This document shows, piece after piece, positions 8,411 to 17,769 of a stretch of DNA of 64,000 nucleotides (the stretch's first letter is position 1; every line of letters begins with the position of its first letter). This DNA is from an uncultured Acidobacteriota bacterium (GTDB lineage Bacteria; Acidobacteriota; Blastocatellia; Pyrinomonadales; Pyrinomonadaceae). The stretch lies in contig OY970060.1 in assembly GCA_963705225.1 (NCBI GenBank), positions 2,177,819 through 2,241,818 on the forward strand. The letters are read 5' to 3'. Made by a program: the position numbers and the translations under genes. Under the pieces are notes generated by a model. The model did not search any database. It had not been told where the DNA came from and worked only from the letters and a program-made list of their open reading frames with translations.

Positions 8411-10315
8411 TCATCTGACGACCTGAATCGTCAGCGCCTGCGTACCGGAAATCACATACTCCGACGAGGGAAATTCCCGGGCGGTGAGCGCGGTAATTAT
8501 CCGCGGCAAAAATCCCCCTGCCGAACGGTCGCTGTTCAGCGTCGCCAGAACCGAAGGCGGCAGATTCGGCAATTCACTCGAACCGATAACGGCGCCGTTG
8601 GTCACGCGGTAGGTTTCGACATACAGACGGTCGTCTTTTTTCACCTGATTGATCTTGGTGATGAGTTCGGCAATATCCTTCGGCACAAAAGAACGGGTCG
8701 CGGACAATTCGTCCAGCGAACCGCCGTCGGCGACCGCCACCAGCAGCGCGCCCGCGGGCGTATCCGCCGGAACGATGACGGGAATTTTCTGCACAAATAC
8801 CTTTCCGGAATCGGAGCGCATAAATGCCTGAACCTCAAAACTCTCCCCGGCCCTGACCTCCATGCGGTCAAGCGTGACACGCTGCAGCTCGGCGGTTTTC
8901 TTGCCCTCGGTCGAAACGATGTTGAGTTCCACGCCGCGGACGTTGAGGTTTTCGAATCCGCTTCTCAGCAGCGCGCTCATCGCCACGGTGGCCGCGCTCG
9001 AAGCCATCTGCGCGGTATTTCCGGATGAAAACCGGCGGTCGATCCTGACCGGTTCCTGCCCGGCGATATCGATCTTTCCTTCCACCGTAATGGTCGAATC
9101 GCCTAACGATTTTTCATTGGCGAGGATCGAATTAAAGGTCGTGATATTGACCAGGATCGGGGTTAAAAAAGCGTCCTTCGCCACCTCGAAATTATATGTT
9201 TCGATCTGGTTGCGACTGGTCTGCATTTTTATTTTGACCGGGATCATATTCGGGCTCTGCCCGATCTGGCCGTAAACGCCGGTGGCGCGATCCTGCGTCA
9301 TCGTGCCGACCATCGAACCCGGCACCGCCAGTTTAAAAGAATTATTAACGCTCGGGATCACCGTCACGACGGACGATTCCGACATCGGCAGATCCGATAC
9401 GCCAAGGCTTAAGAAAGGGTGCCCGAAGGCATAAACTTTTTCGCCGTCCCGCATCGTCACCGTGCCGGACGCCGCCATCGAATAATCCCCGCGCGATAGC
9501 TGCATCGAAACCGAATCGCCGCCCTGCAGCGTATTCTCGTTCGCTTTAACCAGCGGCGTGATCTCCGCCCTACCCCCGGCAGCCATGACCGGCATCAATC
9601 CCACCGACATCAATTGCGAGGCAAACTGATTGAGCGTCGCCTGGCTGAGGCCGCTAAACGTCAGCGGCGTGGCGATCGGCATAAACTGCTGTCCCATTAG
9701 CGGGGCGAGCGGCGAGCTCGCATCGGGCGCGGTCAGAAAAGATCTGAAGATCTCCTTCGACGGATCGGTTCCGGCAGCAGACAAACCCTTGAGTTCGCCG
9801 AGCGTGAAGGCGCGCGCCTGCGAAGCGGCAACACCGGTATTCTGATTCTGCTGGAAAATGTTCACCATCTGCTGGATCGGCGTGATGCCGCAGATCGGTT
9901 CCTTGGAAAAGGGAAAGCTGTAAGAGATCGCCCCGATTATTTTGCCGTCGATAAAAACCGGTGAGCCGGACATGCCGGCAAAAACGCTCGTCCGCGCGAC
10001 GTTGGCCCCGCTCAATTTGCCGATGATCAGATCCTGTTTCGGCCCGACGCCGCCCGGCAGGACGCCTAATATTTCGACCGTGAACTCTTCCGACTGCGCG
10101 CCCTGGAAAACCGTTCGCGCGGTTCCCTTCATCCCGACCTTAACGTCGCCCAGCGGCAGAATATTGGCTTTTGCCGCATTAGCCGTCACGCTTTTCGCCG
10201 CGCTGCCGCCGGAAACCGCCGGGGACTGCGCCAAACCGGGCAACATCGTCGGGCCTAAAATTAAAACCGCTGCCAGCGGCGCTAAAACCATTCTTTTTAC
10301 TGCTTTTCTGATCAT
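8411..10315 (-). CDS. Secreted serine protease, S55 (SpoIVB-like)/trypsin-fold N-terminal domain plus large C-terminal region
   Basis: Track ORF trimmed to MIRKAVKRMVLAPLAAVLILGPTMLPGLAQ, a good signal peptide; GMSGSPVF motif near the N-terminus. Confidence 0.5.
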   Translation of the reverse strand: MIRKAVKRMVLAPLAAVLILGPTMLPGLAQSPAVSGGSAAKSVTANAAKANILPLGDVKVGMKGTARTVFQGAQSEEFTVEILGVLPGGVGPKQDLIIGKLSGANVARTSVFAGMSGSPVFIDGKIIGAISYSFPFSKEPICGITPIQQMVNIFQQNQNTGVAASQARAFTLGELKGLSAAGTDPSKEIFRSFLTAPDASSPLAPLMGQQFMPIATPLTFSGLSQATLNQFASQLMSVGLMPVMAAGGRAEITPLVKANENTLQGGDSVSMQLSRGDYSMAASGTVTMRDGEKVYAFGHPFLSLGVSDLPMSESSVVTVIPSVNNSFKLAVPGSMVGTMTQDRATGVYGQIGQSPNMIPVKIKMQTSRNQIETYNFEVAKDAFLTPILVNITTFNSILANEKSLGDSTITVEGKIDIAGQEPVRIDRRFSSGNTAQMASSAATVAMSALLRSGFENLNVRGVELNIVSTEGKKTAELQRVTLDRMEVRAGESFEVQAFMRSDSGKVFVQKIPVIVPADTPAGALLVAVADGGSLDELSATRSFVPKDIAELITKINQVKKDDRLYVETYRVTNGAVIGSSELPNLPPSVLATLNSDRSAGGFLPRIITALTAREFPSSEYVISGTQALTIQVVR

Positions 10316-10478
10316 ATTTATTGCTTCTGTCACACCTATTTTGGAAAAAGTCTTTTCCTGAGCCGTCGTTAATGTTAAAATCATTACGGCGTCCCGATCT
10401 AACAAGCGATTTTACAAGGTATTTCGGGAAAAAACCAATCTTATTTAAACCCGCGCTATTCTAAGTAGTTCAAGTCAC

Positions 10479-11471
10479 TTGGATGCACCAAAGCATCTTT
10501 TCGTCGATAAAAACATGGCCTCAGTTAAAAAACTCTTTCGCAGCTTTCTTAAACTTATCCTTCCGATAGCTATTTTCCTGATCCTCGCCGGTATCGGAAC
10601 ATCCGTGTGGCTCGCCCACGTTTCTTCGAAACCGCCGCGCAGCCAGTATCTGGTGACGCCGGGGCAATATGCGCGCCTAAGCACCCGGGGAGCGCGGATA
10701 ACCGACGAAACGTGGTCTAACAACGACAACTCCGCCGCTCGCGGCTGGCTCTTAAAAGGCGGCGAAAAACAGCCTGCGGTGATTCTACTGCACCGTTACG
10801 GCAAAGACCGTTCGTGGGTTCTGAACCTGGGTGTAAAGATCAACGAAGAAACCAACTTCACGGTTTTGATGCCAGAACAGCGAGGGCACGGTGAAAGCCC
10901 CGAAGATCAAACCAGCACTTTTGGCGTCTGCGAAGCCGACGATCTGTCCGCCGCCGTCAAATATTTACGCACGCTCCAATCCGGCGGCAATACTCCGCTG
11001 GTCGGGGAAAATATCGGCATCTATGGGATAGAGATGGGTGCCTACGCCGCCATGTCGGGCGCGGTTTCACAGCCGGAGGTCAAAACCCTGGTGCTGGATT
11101 CGGTGCCGCAAAGCGCCAATGCGCTGATCGGTTCGGTGGTAAAAAATCGCTTTCCCTTTGCCGGTTCGGTTACCTCGTTTCTGGCGCAAAGGGGTAATCG
11201 TCTCTACCACACGTCCTGTTACACCGATACGTCTCTGTGCAAGCAGGTCGAAGGGCTTTCAGGGCGTCAGATATTGCTGCTGGCCGGTTCCGATGCTCCG
11301 GCATGGAAAGATTCGACCACCGAGCTCAGCCATTGCCTGTCGAAGCAGAACAAAGTGGAAAGCAAGCTGGACCTGGCCCAATCAGGCCTCGGCATAACTA
11401 CCGCCAAACCCGAAGAAGCCGACCTCTACGATCAGCGAATAATAGATTTTTTCCGGCAGAATCTGCACTAA
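10479..11471 (+). CDS. Membrane-anchored alpha/beta-hydrolase-fold protein (putative)
   Basis: N-terminal TM helix; LLHRYGKDRS...RGHGES core; start could be ATG 10515 instead. Confidence 0.4.
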   Translation: MDAPKHLFVDKNMASVKKLFRSFLKLILPIAIFLILAGIGTSVWLAHVSSKPPRSQYLVTPGQYARLSTRGARITDETWSNNDNSAARGWLLKGGEKQPAVILLHRYGKDRSWVLNLGVKINEETNFTVLMPEQRGHGESPEDQTSTFGVCEADDLSAAVKYLRTLQSGGNTPLVGENIGIYGIEMGAYAAMSGAVSQPEVKTLVLDSVPQSANALIGSVVKNRFPFAGSVTSFLAQRGNRLYHTSCYTDTSLCKQVEGLSGRQILLLAGSDAPAWKDSTTELSHCLSKQNKVESKLDLAQSGLGITTAKPEEADLYDQRIIDFFRQNLH

Positions 11472-11523
11472 TATGAAATGAGGGCATCTCTGCCCGCATT
11501 GAGCGCGTAGCGCGATCGGAATT

Positions 11524-11610
11524 TTAGCCGCAAAAAAGCGCAGAAGACGCAAAAAATCGATTCGTATTTTATTTGTGTCTTTTGTGCTTTTTTGCGGCAA
11601 TTTTTTGTTC
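11524..11610. terminator. Long imperfect hairpin ending in TTTTTTG; bidirectional terminator between convergent genes; related to the 29.6-kb hairpin family
   Basis: GCCGCAAAAAAGCGCAGAAG ... CTTTTGTGCTTTTTTGCGGC inverted repeat; internal ATTCGTATTTTATTTGTGT resembles ATTCGTGTTATTTGTGT at 29666. Confidence 0.5.
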
Positions 11611-11618
11611 GTTTTGTC

Positions 11619-13205
11619 TTAACTTTCCCGTAACTCCCGCTTCAGCAGTTTTCCGGTCGCGCCGGTGGGCAATTCTTCGCGGAATTCCACGTGACGGGGA
11701 TATTTGTTGGCGGCAAACTGGCCTTTGAACCATTCGGTCATTTCGTCTTCCGTTACGGCCGCGTCCTTTTTCAACACGATATAGGCCTTGACCTCTTCGC
11801 CCAGCCGGTCGTCCGGAACGCCGATGACCGCGCAGAGCGAAACCGCTTCATGGGTCATGATCACTTCTTCGAGTTCGCGCGGATAGACGTTGTACCCGCC
11901 GCGCAGGATCATGTCTTTTTTTCGATCGACGATGGCCAGGTAGCCTTCTTCATCCATTACGCCGATATCGCCCGTGTGAAACCACCCGCCCCGAAAAGCT
12001 TCGGCGGTTGCTTCGGGGCGCTTGTAATAACCCTTCATTACATTGGTGCCGCGAATGACCACTTCGCCGCGTTCGCCGCGAGGGACTTCTTTATCATCAT
12101 CGTCGAAGCATTTCACTTCGACGCCGAAGATCGGCTGCCCGACGCTGCCGGGCTTCGAAGGCTTTTCAAAATGATTGAAGCACGCCAGCGGCGAGGTTTC
12201 CGAGAGGCCGTAGCCTTCCAGAATGCGAAGGCCGAAAACTTTTTCAAAATCTTTCATCACTTCCACCGGCATCGGCGCGCCGCCTGAGGTCGGCACTTTT
12301 AGGTTTTTGGAAATTTCCGAAATGTCGAAACCGGTTTCCTCGATATATTTCAGGATCGCCCAGTACATCGTCGGCACACCGACCCAGAAATGCACCTTTT
12401 CCCGCACCATCGTTTCGAGCGTCGTTTTGGGGTCGAAACGCGGCAGCAGTACGACGCGGTTTCCGGCGTACATGTTGGTGTTCATCTGCACGGTCTGCCC
12501 GGTAGTGTGAAACAGCGGCAGCGTGATCAGGCAGGTTTTCTGTTCGCCGTCGGTCATATCCAGCACCGGCAGATGAATGTTATATCCGGTGGTGACGTTC
12601 GACATCAGATTTTGATGTGTTAGTTCCGCCCCCTTGGGCTGGCCGGTCGTGCCGGAGGTGTAAAGGATCGCGCAGGTGTCGTCGGGTTTGGTCGGATAGG
12701 TGTCGAACGTATCGGGTTTGCCGAAGGTGATCTGCGTCAGCGTTTTCGCCTTTTCGATCGGGCTCGGCGCCGCCGGATCGGCCGTCATCACGATCAGATG
12801 CTCGCAGGTTTCGACCTGGTCGAAGCCTTCCTTGACCATCCGGCCGAGCGGAAGCTCCGCCGTGCCTTCAAAAGTAAAAACGGCCTTGGCGTCGGAATCT
12901 TTCAGGTGATACGCAACCTCACGCCCCTTAAACAAAACACAGATCGGCACGACCGCAGCGCCCGTTTTTATAATGCCGTAATAAACTATCGGAAAAAACG
13001 GCAGATTCGGACATGCCAGCGCAACCTTATCGCCGTAACCGATGCCCATTTCCGTCAGCGCGTGCGCCACCCGGTTGGCAAAGGCATTCAGCTCGCCATA
13101 GCTGAGCCGGACGTCGTTCCAGACGATCGCCTCTTTTTGCGGGGCGAGATTCGCATGATGCTCGATCGTCCAGGCCAGGTTTAGAGTCGTTGCTGCGTAG
13201 TTCAT
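11619..13205 (-). CDS. Long-chain fatty acid--CoA ligase (AMP-dependent synthetase/ligase)
   Basis: AMP-binding motif LYTSGTTGQPKGAELTHQNL; 528 aa. Confidence 0.85.
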   Translation of the reverse strand: MNYAATTLNLAWTIEHHANLAPQKEAIVWNDVRLSYGELNAFANRVAHALTEMGIGYGDKVALACPNLPFFPIVYYGIIKTGAAVVPICVLFKGREVAYHLKDSDAKAVFTFEGTAELPLGRMVKEGFDQVETCEHLIVMTADPAAPSPIEKAKTLTQITFGKPDTFDTYPTKPDDTCAILYTSGTTGQPKGAELTHQNLMSNVTTGYNIHLPVLDMTDGEQKTCLITLPLFHTTGQTVQMNTNMYAGNRVVLLPRFDPKTTLETMVREKVHFWVGVPTMYWAILKYIEETGFDISEISKNLKVPTSGGAPMPVEVMKDFEKVFGLRILEGYGLSETSPLACFNHFEKPSKPGSVGQPIFGVEVKCFDDDDKEVPRGERGEVVIRGTNVMKGYYKRPEATAEAFRGGWFHTGDIGVMDEEGYLAIVDRKKDMILRGGYNVYPRELEEVIMTHEAVSLCAVIGVPDDRLGEEVKAYIVLKKDAAVTEDEMTEWFKGQFAANKYPRHVEFREELPTGATGKLLKRELRES

Positions 13206-13378
13206 AATTTAGTGAATGGTAATTGGTGATTGGTAATAGGTAACTGGAGTAGGTAATTAGTGAATGGGTTGGTAATTGGCGGTGGGTAACCGGTAATTCT
13301 GCACCAACAACCATTTTACCAACTTACTAATTAACTATACCAACTACCAGTTACCTACTACCATTTACCGTTATCCAT
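13206..13378. repeat. Palindromic intergenic repeat, family 1 (GGTAAT/GGTAGT-rich arm followed by ATTACC/ACTACC-rich arm)
   Basis: AGGTAACTGGAGTAGGTAA pairs with CCAGTTACCTACT; fills the whole intergenic space between the SDR stop and the CoA-ligase start. Confidence 0.7.
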
Positions 13379-14151
13379 TAAACCGTCATTCCCCCATCGA
13401 CGACGATGGTCTGCCCGGTGACATAGCTTGAGGCGTCTGACGCGAGAAAAACGGTCACGCCCTTTAGTTCGCCTTCGAGGCCGATGCGCGGGATCGGATT
13501 ATTTTCCCGGATCGAAGTTTCGTAAATGTCGATCACCGCGTCCGCCAGCCGCGAGTGAAAAAATCCCGGCGCGATCGCATTAACGCGGATGCCTTTTCTG
13601 CCCCAGCTTGCCGCCAGCTCGCGCGTCAGCCCGATCAATCCCGCCTTGCTCGCCGCGTAACCGGCATAAAAAGGCCCGTTGGCAAAAGACGTAATTCCCG
13701 CGATCGAAGCGATATTTACGATCGACCCGCTTTCCTGTTTCAGCATCTCGCGGCCGACGGATTGCGCAAATAAAAAGCACCCGGTCAGGTTGACGTCTAA
13801 AACCTGCCGCCATCTTTCCAGCGGCATATCTTCCGGCATCTGGCCCCAGGAGGTACCGGCGTTATTGATCAAAATATCGACGCGCCCGAATTTGGCGACC
13901 GTAGCGTCCGTCACAGCCTGAACCTGTTCCGGCACGGCCACGTCGCAAAGCGTTCCTTCGGCTTCGAAACCGCGCGCGCGAAACTCTTCCAGCGCCGGCG
14001 TGAGCCAGGTTTCGCGCCGGGCGCAAAGCATCAGTTTCGCTCCGGCTTCCGCCAGCGCCTCGGCCATTTCCAGACCCAGCCCGCGCGATCCGCCGGTCAC
14101 AATTGCCGTTTTTCCTGTCAAGTCGAACAGGTCCCTGACGTGTTTTGTCAT
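13378..14151 (-). CDS. SDR-family oxidoreductase (3-oxoacyl-ACP reductase-like)
   Basis: TGGSRGLG Rossmann motif; YxxxK region. Confidence 0.85.
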   Translation of the reverse strand: MTKHVRDLFDLTGKTAIVTGGSRGLGLEMAEALAEAGAKLMLCARRETWLTPALEEFRARGFEAEGTLCDVAVPEQVQAVTDATVAKFGRVDILINNAGTSWGQMPEDMPLERWRQVLDVNLTGCFLFAQSVGREMLKQESGSIVNIASIAGITSFANGPFYAGYAASKAGLIGLTRELAASWGRKGIRVNAIAPGFFHSRLADAVIDIYETSIRENNPIPRIGLEGELKGVTVFLASDASSYVTGQTIVVDGGMTV

Positions 14152-14180
14152 TTACGTCCTTTGCGTTAAAGTTTTTATAT

Positions 14181-14990
14181 ATGAGTGATAAAACCGCCCG
14201 CGAACTGGCGTTCCTGCGCGACCTTTACATCGATAATGATTGGACCGCGCGTTTTACAAATGTTTTAGACGAAAATCTTATTCTGCCTAAAGAAGGCAAA
14301 TTCCTGTATGTGGAACCCGGCAGCGGTAATCACCTGCTCGAACTGCGTGAAAAACTCGCCGAAGAGGTCGAGGTTTTCAGTGTTCATGAGGATATCGAAT
14401 TGCTGCGGATCGCCGATGCCAAAGCCCATGCGGTAAAAGCCGACATCGATTTTCAGCGTTCCGAAAAAAACGTTCTGCCGTTTCCCGACGGGGAATTTAA
14501 CGCCATTATAGCCGATGCCGCGCTGATTCCGCCACAAGATCTGCCGGGTTTTCTGACGGAGATGACGCGCGTGACCGAAACCGGCGGGCACGTCAATTTC
14601 TTTTTGCCGACCGGGGGCAGCTTCGGCGAATTTTTCTCGCTGTTTTGGGAAGCGCTTTACAGCGCCGAGCTGACCGATCTGGGGACGCGGATCGAAGGAT
14701 TTATCAAGGATATTCCGACCGTCTCGCAGGTGGAGGAGATCGCAGAAAACACCGGGCTGCAGGACGTGAAGAGCACCACCAAAGTCGAGCATTTCGAATA
14801 TGACAACGGCGGGGAGTTTATGAATTCTTTTCTGATGACGGAATTTTTACTGCCGCGCTGGTTCGGTTTTCTTACCGACGAGCAAAAAGAAAAGATCGTG
14901 CCGGAAATTATCCGCACGATCGACGAAGACCGGGGTGAAATGACGTTTCGCTTTTCCGTAAAAGCGACCCTGGTGAACGGCAAAAAATAG
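14181..14990 (+). CDS. Class I SAM-dependent methyltransferase-like protein (degenerate motif I)
   Basis: Track start 14145 is TTG; first ATG is 14181; VEPGSGN and LPFPDGEFNAII resemble MTase motifs I and post-II. Confidence 0.45.
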   Translation: MSDKTARELAFLRDLYIDNDWTARFTNVLDENLILPKEGKFLYVEPGSGNHLLELREKLAEEVEVFSVHEDIELLRIADAKAHAVKADIDFQRSEKNVLPFPDGEFNAIIADAALIPPQDLPGFLTEMTRVTETGGHVNFFLPTGGSFGEFFSLFWEALYSAELTDLGTRIEGFIKDIPTVSQVEEIAENTGLQDVKSTTKVEHFEYDNGGEFMNSFLMTEFLLPRWFGFLTDEQKEKIVPEIIRTIDEDRGEMTFRFSVKATLVNGKK

Positions 14991-14999
14991 CCGGCGCGT

Positions 15000-15266
15000 T
15001 TAGGCTTCCTTCTTCTGCGCGGCGCGGCGGCGGGCCTCTTCGAAAAGCTGCTCGTCGGAGATCGCTGAAATAGCCGGAGGAGTGACATTAAGCTGTTTCT
15101 TTTCAGTTTCAGTCTGGTATTCCTCTTCGGCTTCGCGCATGCCTTCCTTGAACGCCTTGCGGCTTTGCCCCAGCGATTTTGCCAATTGCGGCAGACGGCT
15201 GGCCCCGAAAAGCAAAAATATCACTGCCACTATTATTATTATTTCCCAGCCCTGAAAACCACCCAT
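15000..15266 (-). CDS. tatA: Twin-arginine translocase subunit TatA/E
   Basis: MGGFQGWEIIIIVAVIFLLFGASRLPQLAKSLG canonical TatA N-terminus. Confidence 0.9.
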   Translation of the reverse strand: MGGFQGWEIIIIVAVIFLLFGASRLPQLAKSLGQSRKAFKEGMREAEEEYQTETEKKQLNVTPPAISAISDEQLFEEARRRAAQKKEA

Positions 15267-15310
15267 TTTTACTTCTCCTTCTATCTTCCGGTCAGACGGC
15301 CGTCCGACCT

Positions 15311-15832
15311 CTAATCTTCAGTATCATAATACAGGTATCTGCGCCAAGTTTCATCTGCGCGCCCCAAGTATCTCATAATTTGGCGGCTCATGTGGAGCGA
15401 GAAAGCGCGCGGCCTTTTGAGCAGTTTCATACCGGATTCGTCGGGGGTTTGGCTGCCCTTGCGGTGATTACAGCGCTTGCAGCAGGCCACGAGATTGTCC
15501 CAGGTCGAACCGCCGCCGCGCGAACGCGGCATCACGTGATCGAGCGTCAGATCGGCCGGGGCAAAAACCCGGCCGCAGTACTGGCACATATATTGGTCGC
15601 GCAGCAGGATGTTCTTGCGCGACAGCGACCGCCTTTCGTGCGGGATGTGACGATATTCCATCAGGCGGATCACGGAGGGAGCATGCATTTCCATCCGGGT
15701 GGAACGGAGCATGTGGCCGTTGTGTTCCTCCATACGAGCCACGCCTTTAAAGATCATCACTACCGCGCGACGCTCCGTGCAGACATTTATCGGCTCGTAT
15801 GAAGCATTTAACACTAAAACTCTTCCGGTCAT
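15311..15832 (-). CDS. HNH endonuclease
   Basis: CQYCG...[10 protein letters not shown]...[15 protein letters not shown]; ATG overlaps the upstream gene stop (ATGA). Confidence 0.85.
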   Translation of the reverse strand: MTGRVLVLNASYEPINVCTERRAVVMIFKGVARMEEHNGHMLRSTRMEMHAPSVIRLMEYRHIPHERRSLSRKNILLRDQYMCQYCGRVFAPADLTLDHVMPRSRGGGSTWDNLVACCKRCNHRKGSQTPDESGMKLLKRPRAFSLHMSRQIMRYLGRADETWRRYLYYDTED

Positions 15833-16692
15833 TCTTGCTTGTTGGATGCCATCCAGTTTCCGGTAATGGCGCCTCTGCTGACGAAATTGTCCCTACCGTT
15901 ATACTTGATGAAGACAGTCAGGTTGATCACTATCTCTCCCCTTTTGTCCACGCCTCCGTTCTCAAAATAATACTTGTCCGTTCCCGGAACCTGCTGCAGG
16001 CCGCTTTTCTTAAAAAGCTCGGCCGCCAATTCACCGACATATTTTTTGGCGTCGGATGTCCGGTATTTATTTCCGTCCTTTAACAGAATCGCGCTGCCGT
16101 CGATCGTCAGCTCGGCCGAGGTTTCCCGGGAATAACTATTGTATTGGGTTCTCACGCTCACCAGCGAACTCAAACCGCTGTTTTTGATCACCTCTTCCAA
16201 TCTGGTCTTTGCTTTTTCCGCGACTGCCTCATCGGCGGCTTTGGACTCGGCGCGATCCAGATCGACCAGCGGCACTCTCGTCACCGGCGGTTTTATTCCG
16301 GCTTTCGCATCGCGTTCGAGTTTTTCGATCTCCGCGATCTCTTTCTGCGAGCGGGCGGCGTTGAAAAGCCGTTTAAAGACATAGCTTTTAACGTTATTTT
16401 CCGAAACCGGGATCACGCTTACCAGTTCCCAGCCGGCTTTCCCCGCATCGTCGAGCACTGCCTGAAAATTCGCATTATCGCCGTACCTGAGCAGTTTGTC
16501 GCCGTAATACGATTGGCGAAACCCGACTTTCGACTGCCCGGATTCTTTTTCCGCGGTAATGATCGTGCTGCCGACATTGCCGCCGAATTCGAGCACCAGG
16601 TATTCCCATTGCGCGTTTGCCGCGCCCTGCGCATTCAAACCGGAAATACCCGCCAGCATTATCAAAAAACTAAGGAAGAAACTTTTATACAT
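15829..16692 (-). CDS. Secreted hypothetical protein (signal peptide [22 protein letters not shown])
   Basis: Track GTG start 16701 trimmed to ATG 16692, which has GAGGTG 6 nt upstream. Confidence 0.55.
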   Translation of the reverse strand: MYKSFFLSFLIMLAGISGLNAQGAANAQWEYLVLEFGGNVGSTIITAEKESGQSKVGFRQSYYGDKLLRYGDNANFQAVLDDAGKAGWELVSVIPVSENNVKSYVFKRLFNAARSQKEIAEIEKLERDAKAGIKPPVTRVPLVDLDRAESKAADEAVAEKAKTRLEEVIKNSGLSSLVSVRTQYNSYSRETSAELTIDGSAILLKDGNKYRTSDAKKYVGELAAELFKKSGLQQVPGTDKYYFENGGVDKRGEIVINLTVFIKYNGRDNFVSRGAITGNWMASNKQE

Positions 16693-16765
16693 ATCGATCA
16701 CCTCATCTTAATCAGGAGTAAATTTTTCAGTTCTTTCACTCCGTTTCGGCGATCAGGTTGCATTT

Positions 16766-17722
16766 TTAAGTTTTTTCTTTATCGCGGAACTTATCCATCG
16801 CATCGACCAGGGCCGAAATTATTCCCGGTTCCGAGACCGAATGCCCCGAATCGGGAACGATGACAAGTTCCGCTTCGGGAAAGGCCTTGTGCAGATCCCA
16901 GGCGCTCGTTATCGGGCAGACGACGTCGTAACGACCCTGCACGATCACGGTTGGAATGTGACGGATCTTATCGACGTTTTCCAGCAGATAATTCGGCGTC
17001 TGGAAAAAGCAGTTGTTCATAAAATAATGACATTCGATCCGCGCCAGCGAGAGCGCTTCGTGCGCGCCTTCCCAGTGTTCCATCAGATCCTGGTTCGGAT
17101 AGAGTTTCGAGGTCGAGCCTTCCCAGACGCTCCAGGCCTTGGCCGCGGAAAGCTGAACGTCCTCGTCGTCGCCCGTCAGCCGCTTGTGGTAAGCGGTCAT
17201 AAAATCGCCGCGCTCTTCGGCCGGGATCTCATCACGGTAGCGCTCCCAAAAATCCGGGAAAACTTCCGAGGCGCCGTATTGATAAAACCAATCGAGTTCT
17301 TTTCGCCGCGTGAGAAATATCCCGCGCAGCGCCAGGCCGAGCACGCGGTCGGGGTGCGTTTCCGCATAAGCTAAACTGAGCGTGCTGCCCCACGATCCGC
17401 CGAAGACATACCATTTATCGATGCCGAATTTTTCCCGCAGCTTTTCAATGTCAGCCACCAGGTCCCAGGTCGTATTTTCCTTAAGCTCATAAGCCGGCGT
17501 CGATCTGCCCGAGCCGCGCTGGTCGAAAAGAATCACGTGATAGGCCGCCGGATCGAAAAACTGCCGGTACAACGGGATCAGCCCGCCTCCGGGGCCGCCG
17601 TGCAGAAAGATCACGGGAATGCCGTCCGGATTGCCGACGCGTTCATAATGGATCGTGTGAAGATCCGATACTTGCAGCATTCCATCGTCAAACGGCTCGA
17701 TTTCGGGATAAAGGGTTTTCAT
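16766..17722 (-). CDS. pip: Proline iminopeptidase (prolyl aminopeptidase, S33)
   Basis: VIFLHGGPGGG, FDQRGSGRS, GGSWGS nucleophile elbow; track TTG start trimmed to ATG (MKTLYPEIEP). Confidence 0.85.
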   Translation of the reverse strand: MKTLYPEIEPFDDGMLQVSDLHTIHYERVGNPDGIPVIFLHGGPGGGLIPLYRQFFDPAAYHVILFDQRGSGRSTPAYELKENTTWDLVADIEKLREKFGIDKWYVFGGSWGSTLSLAYAETHPDRVLGLALRGIFLTRRKELDWFYQYGASEVFPDFWERYRDEIPAEERGDFMTAYHKRLTGDDEDVQLSAAKAWSVWEGSTSKLYPNQDLMEHWEGAHEALSLARIECHYFMNNCFFQTPNYLLENVDKIRHIPTVIVQGRYDVVCPITSAWDLHKAFPEAELVIVPDSGHSVSEPGIISALVDAMDKFRDKEKT

Positions 17723-17769
17723 GGCAGGAATGATACAAGATATCGGGTGCAAAATCCAAAGTAGCCGGC

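Noticed and set aside
10384-10405. Longer N-terminus for the S55-like protease (track start 10405)
   Set aside because: The first 30 codons precede a textbook signal peptide that begins at ATG 10315, so the longer form would bury the signal peptide.
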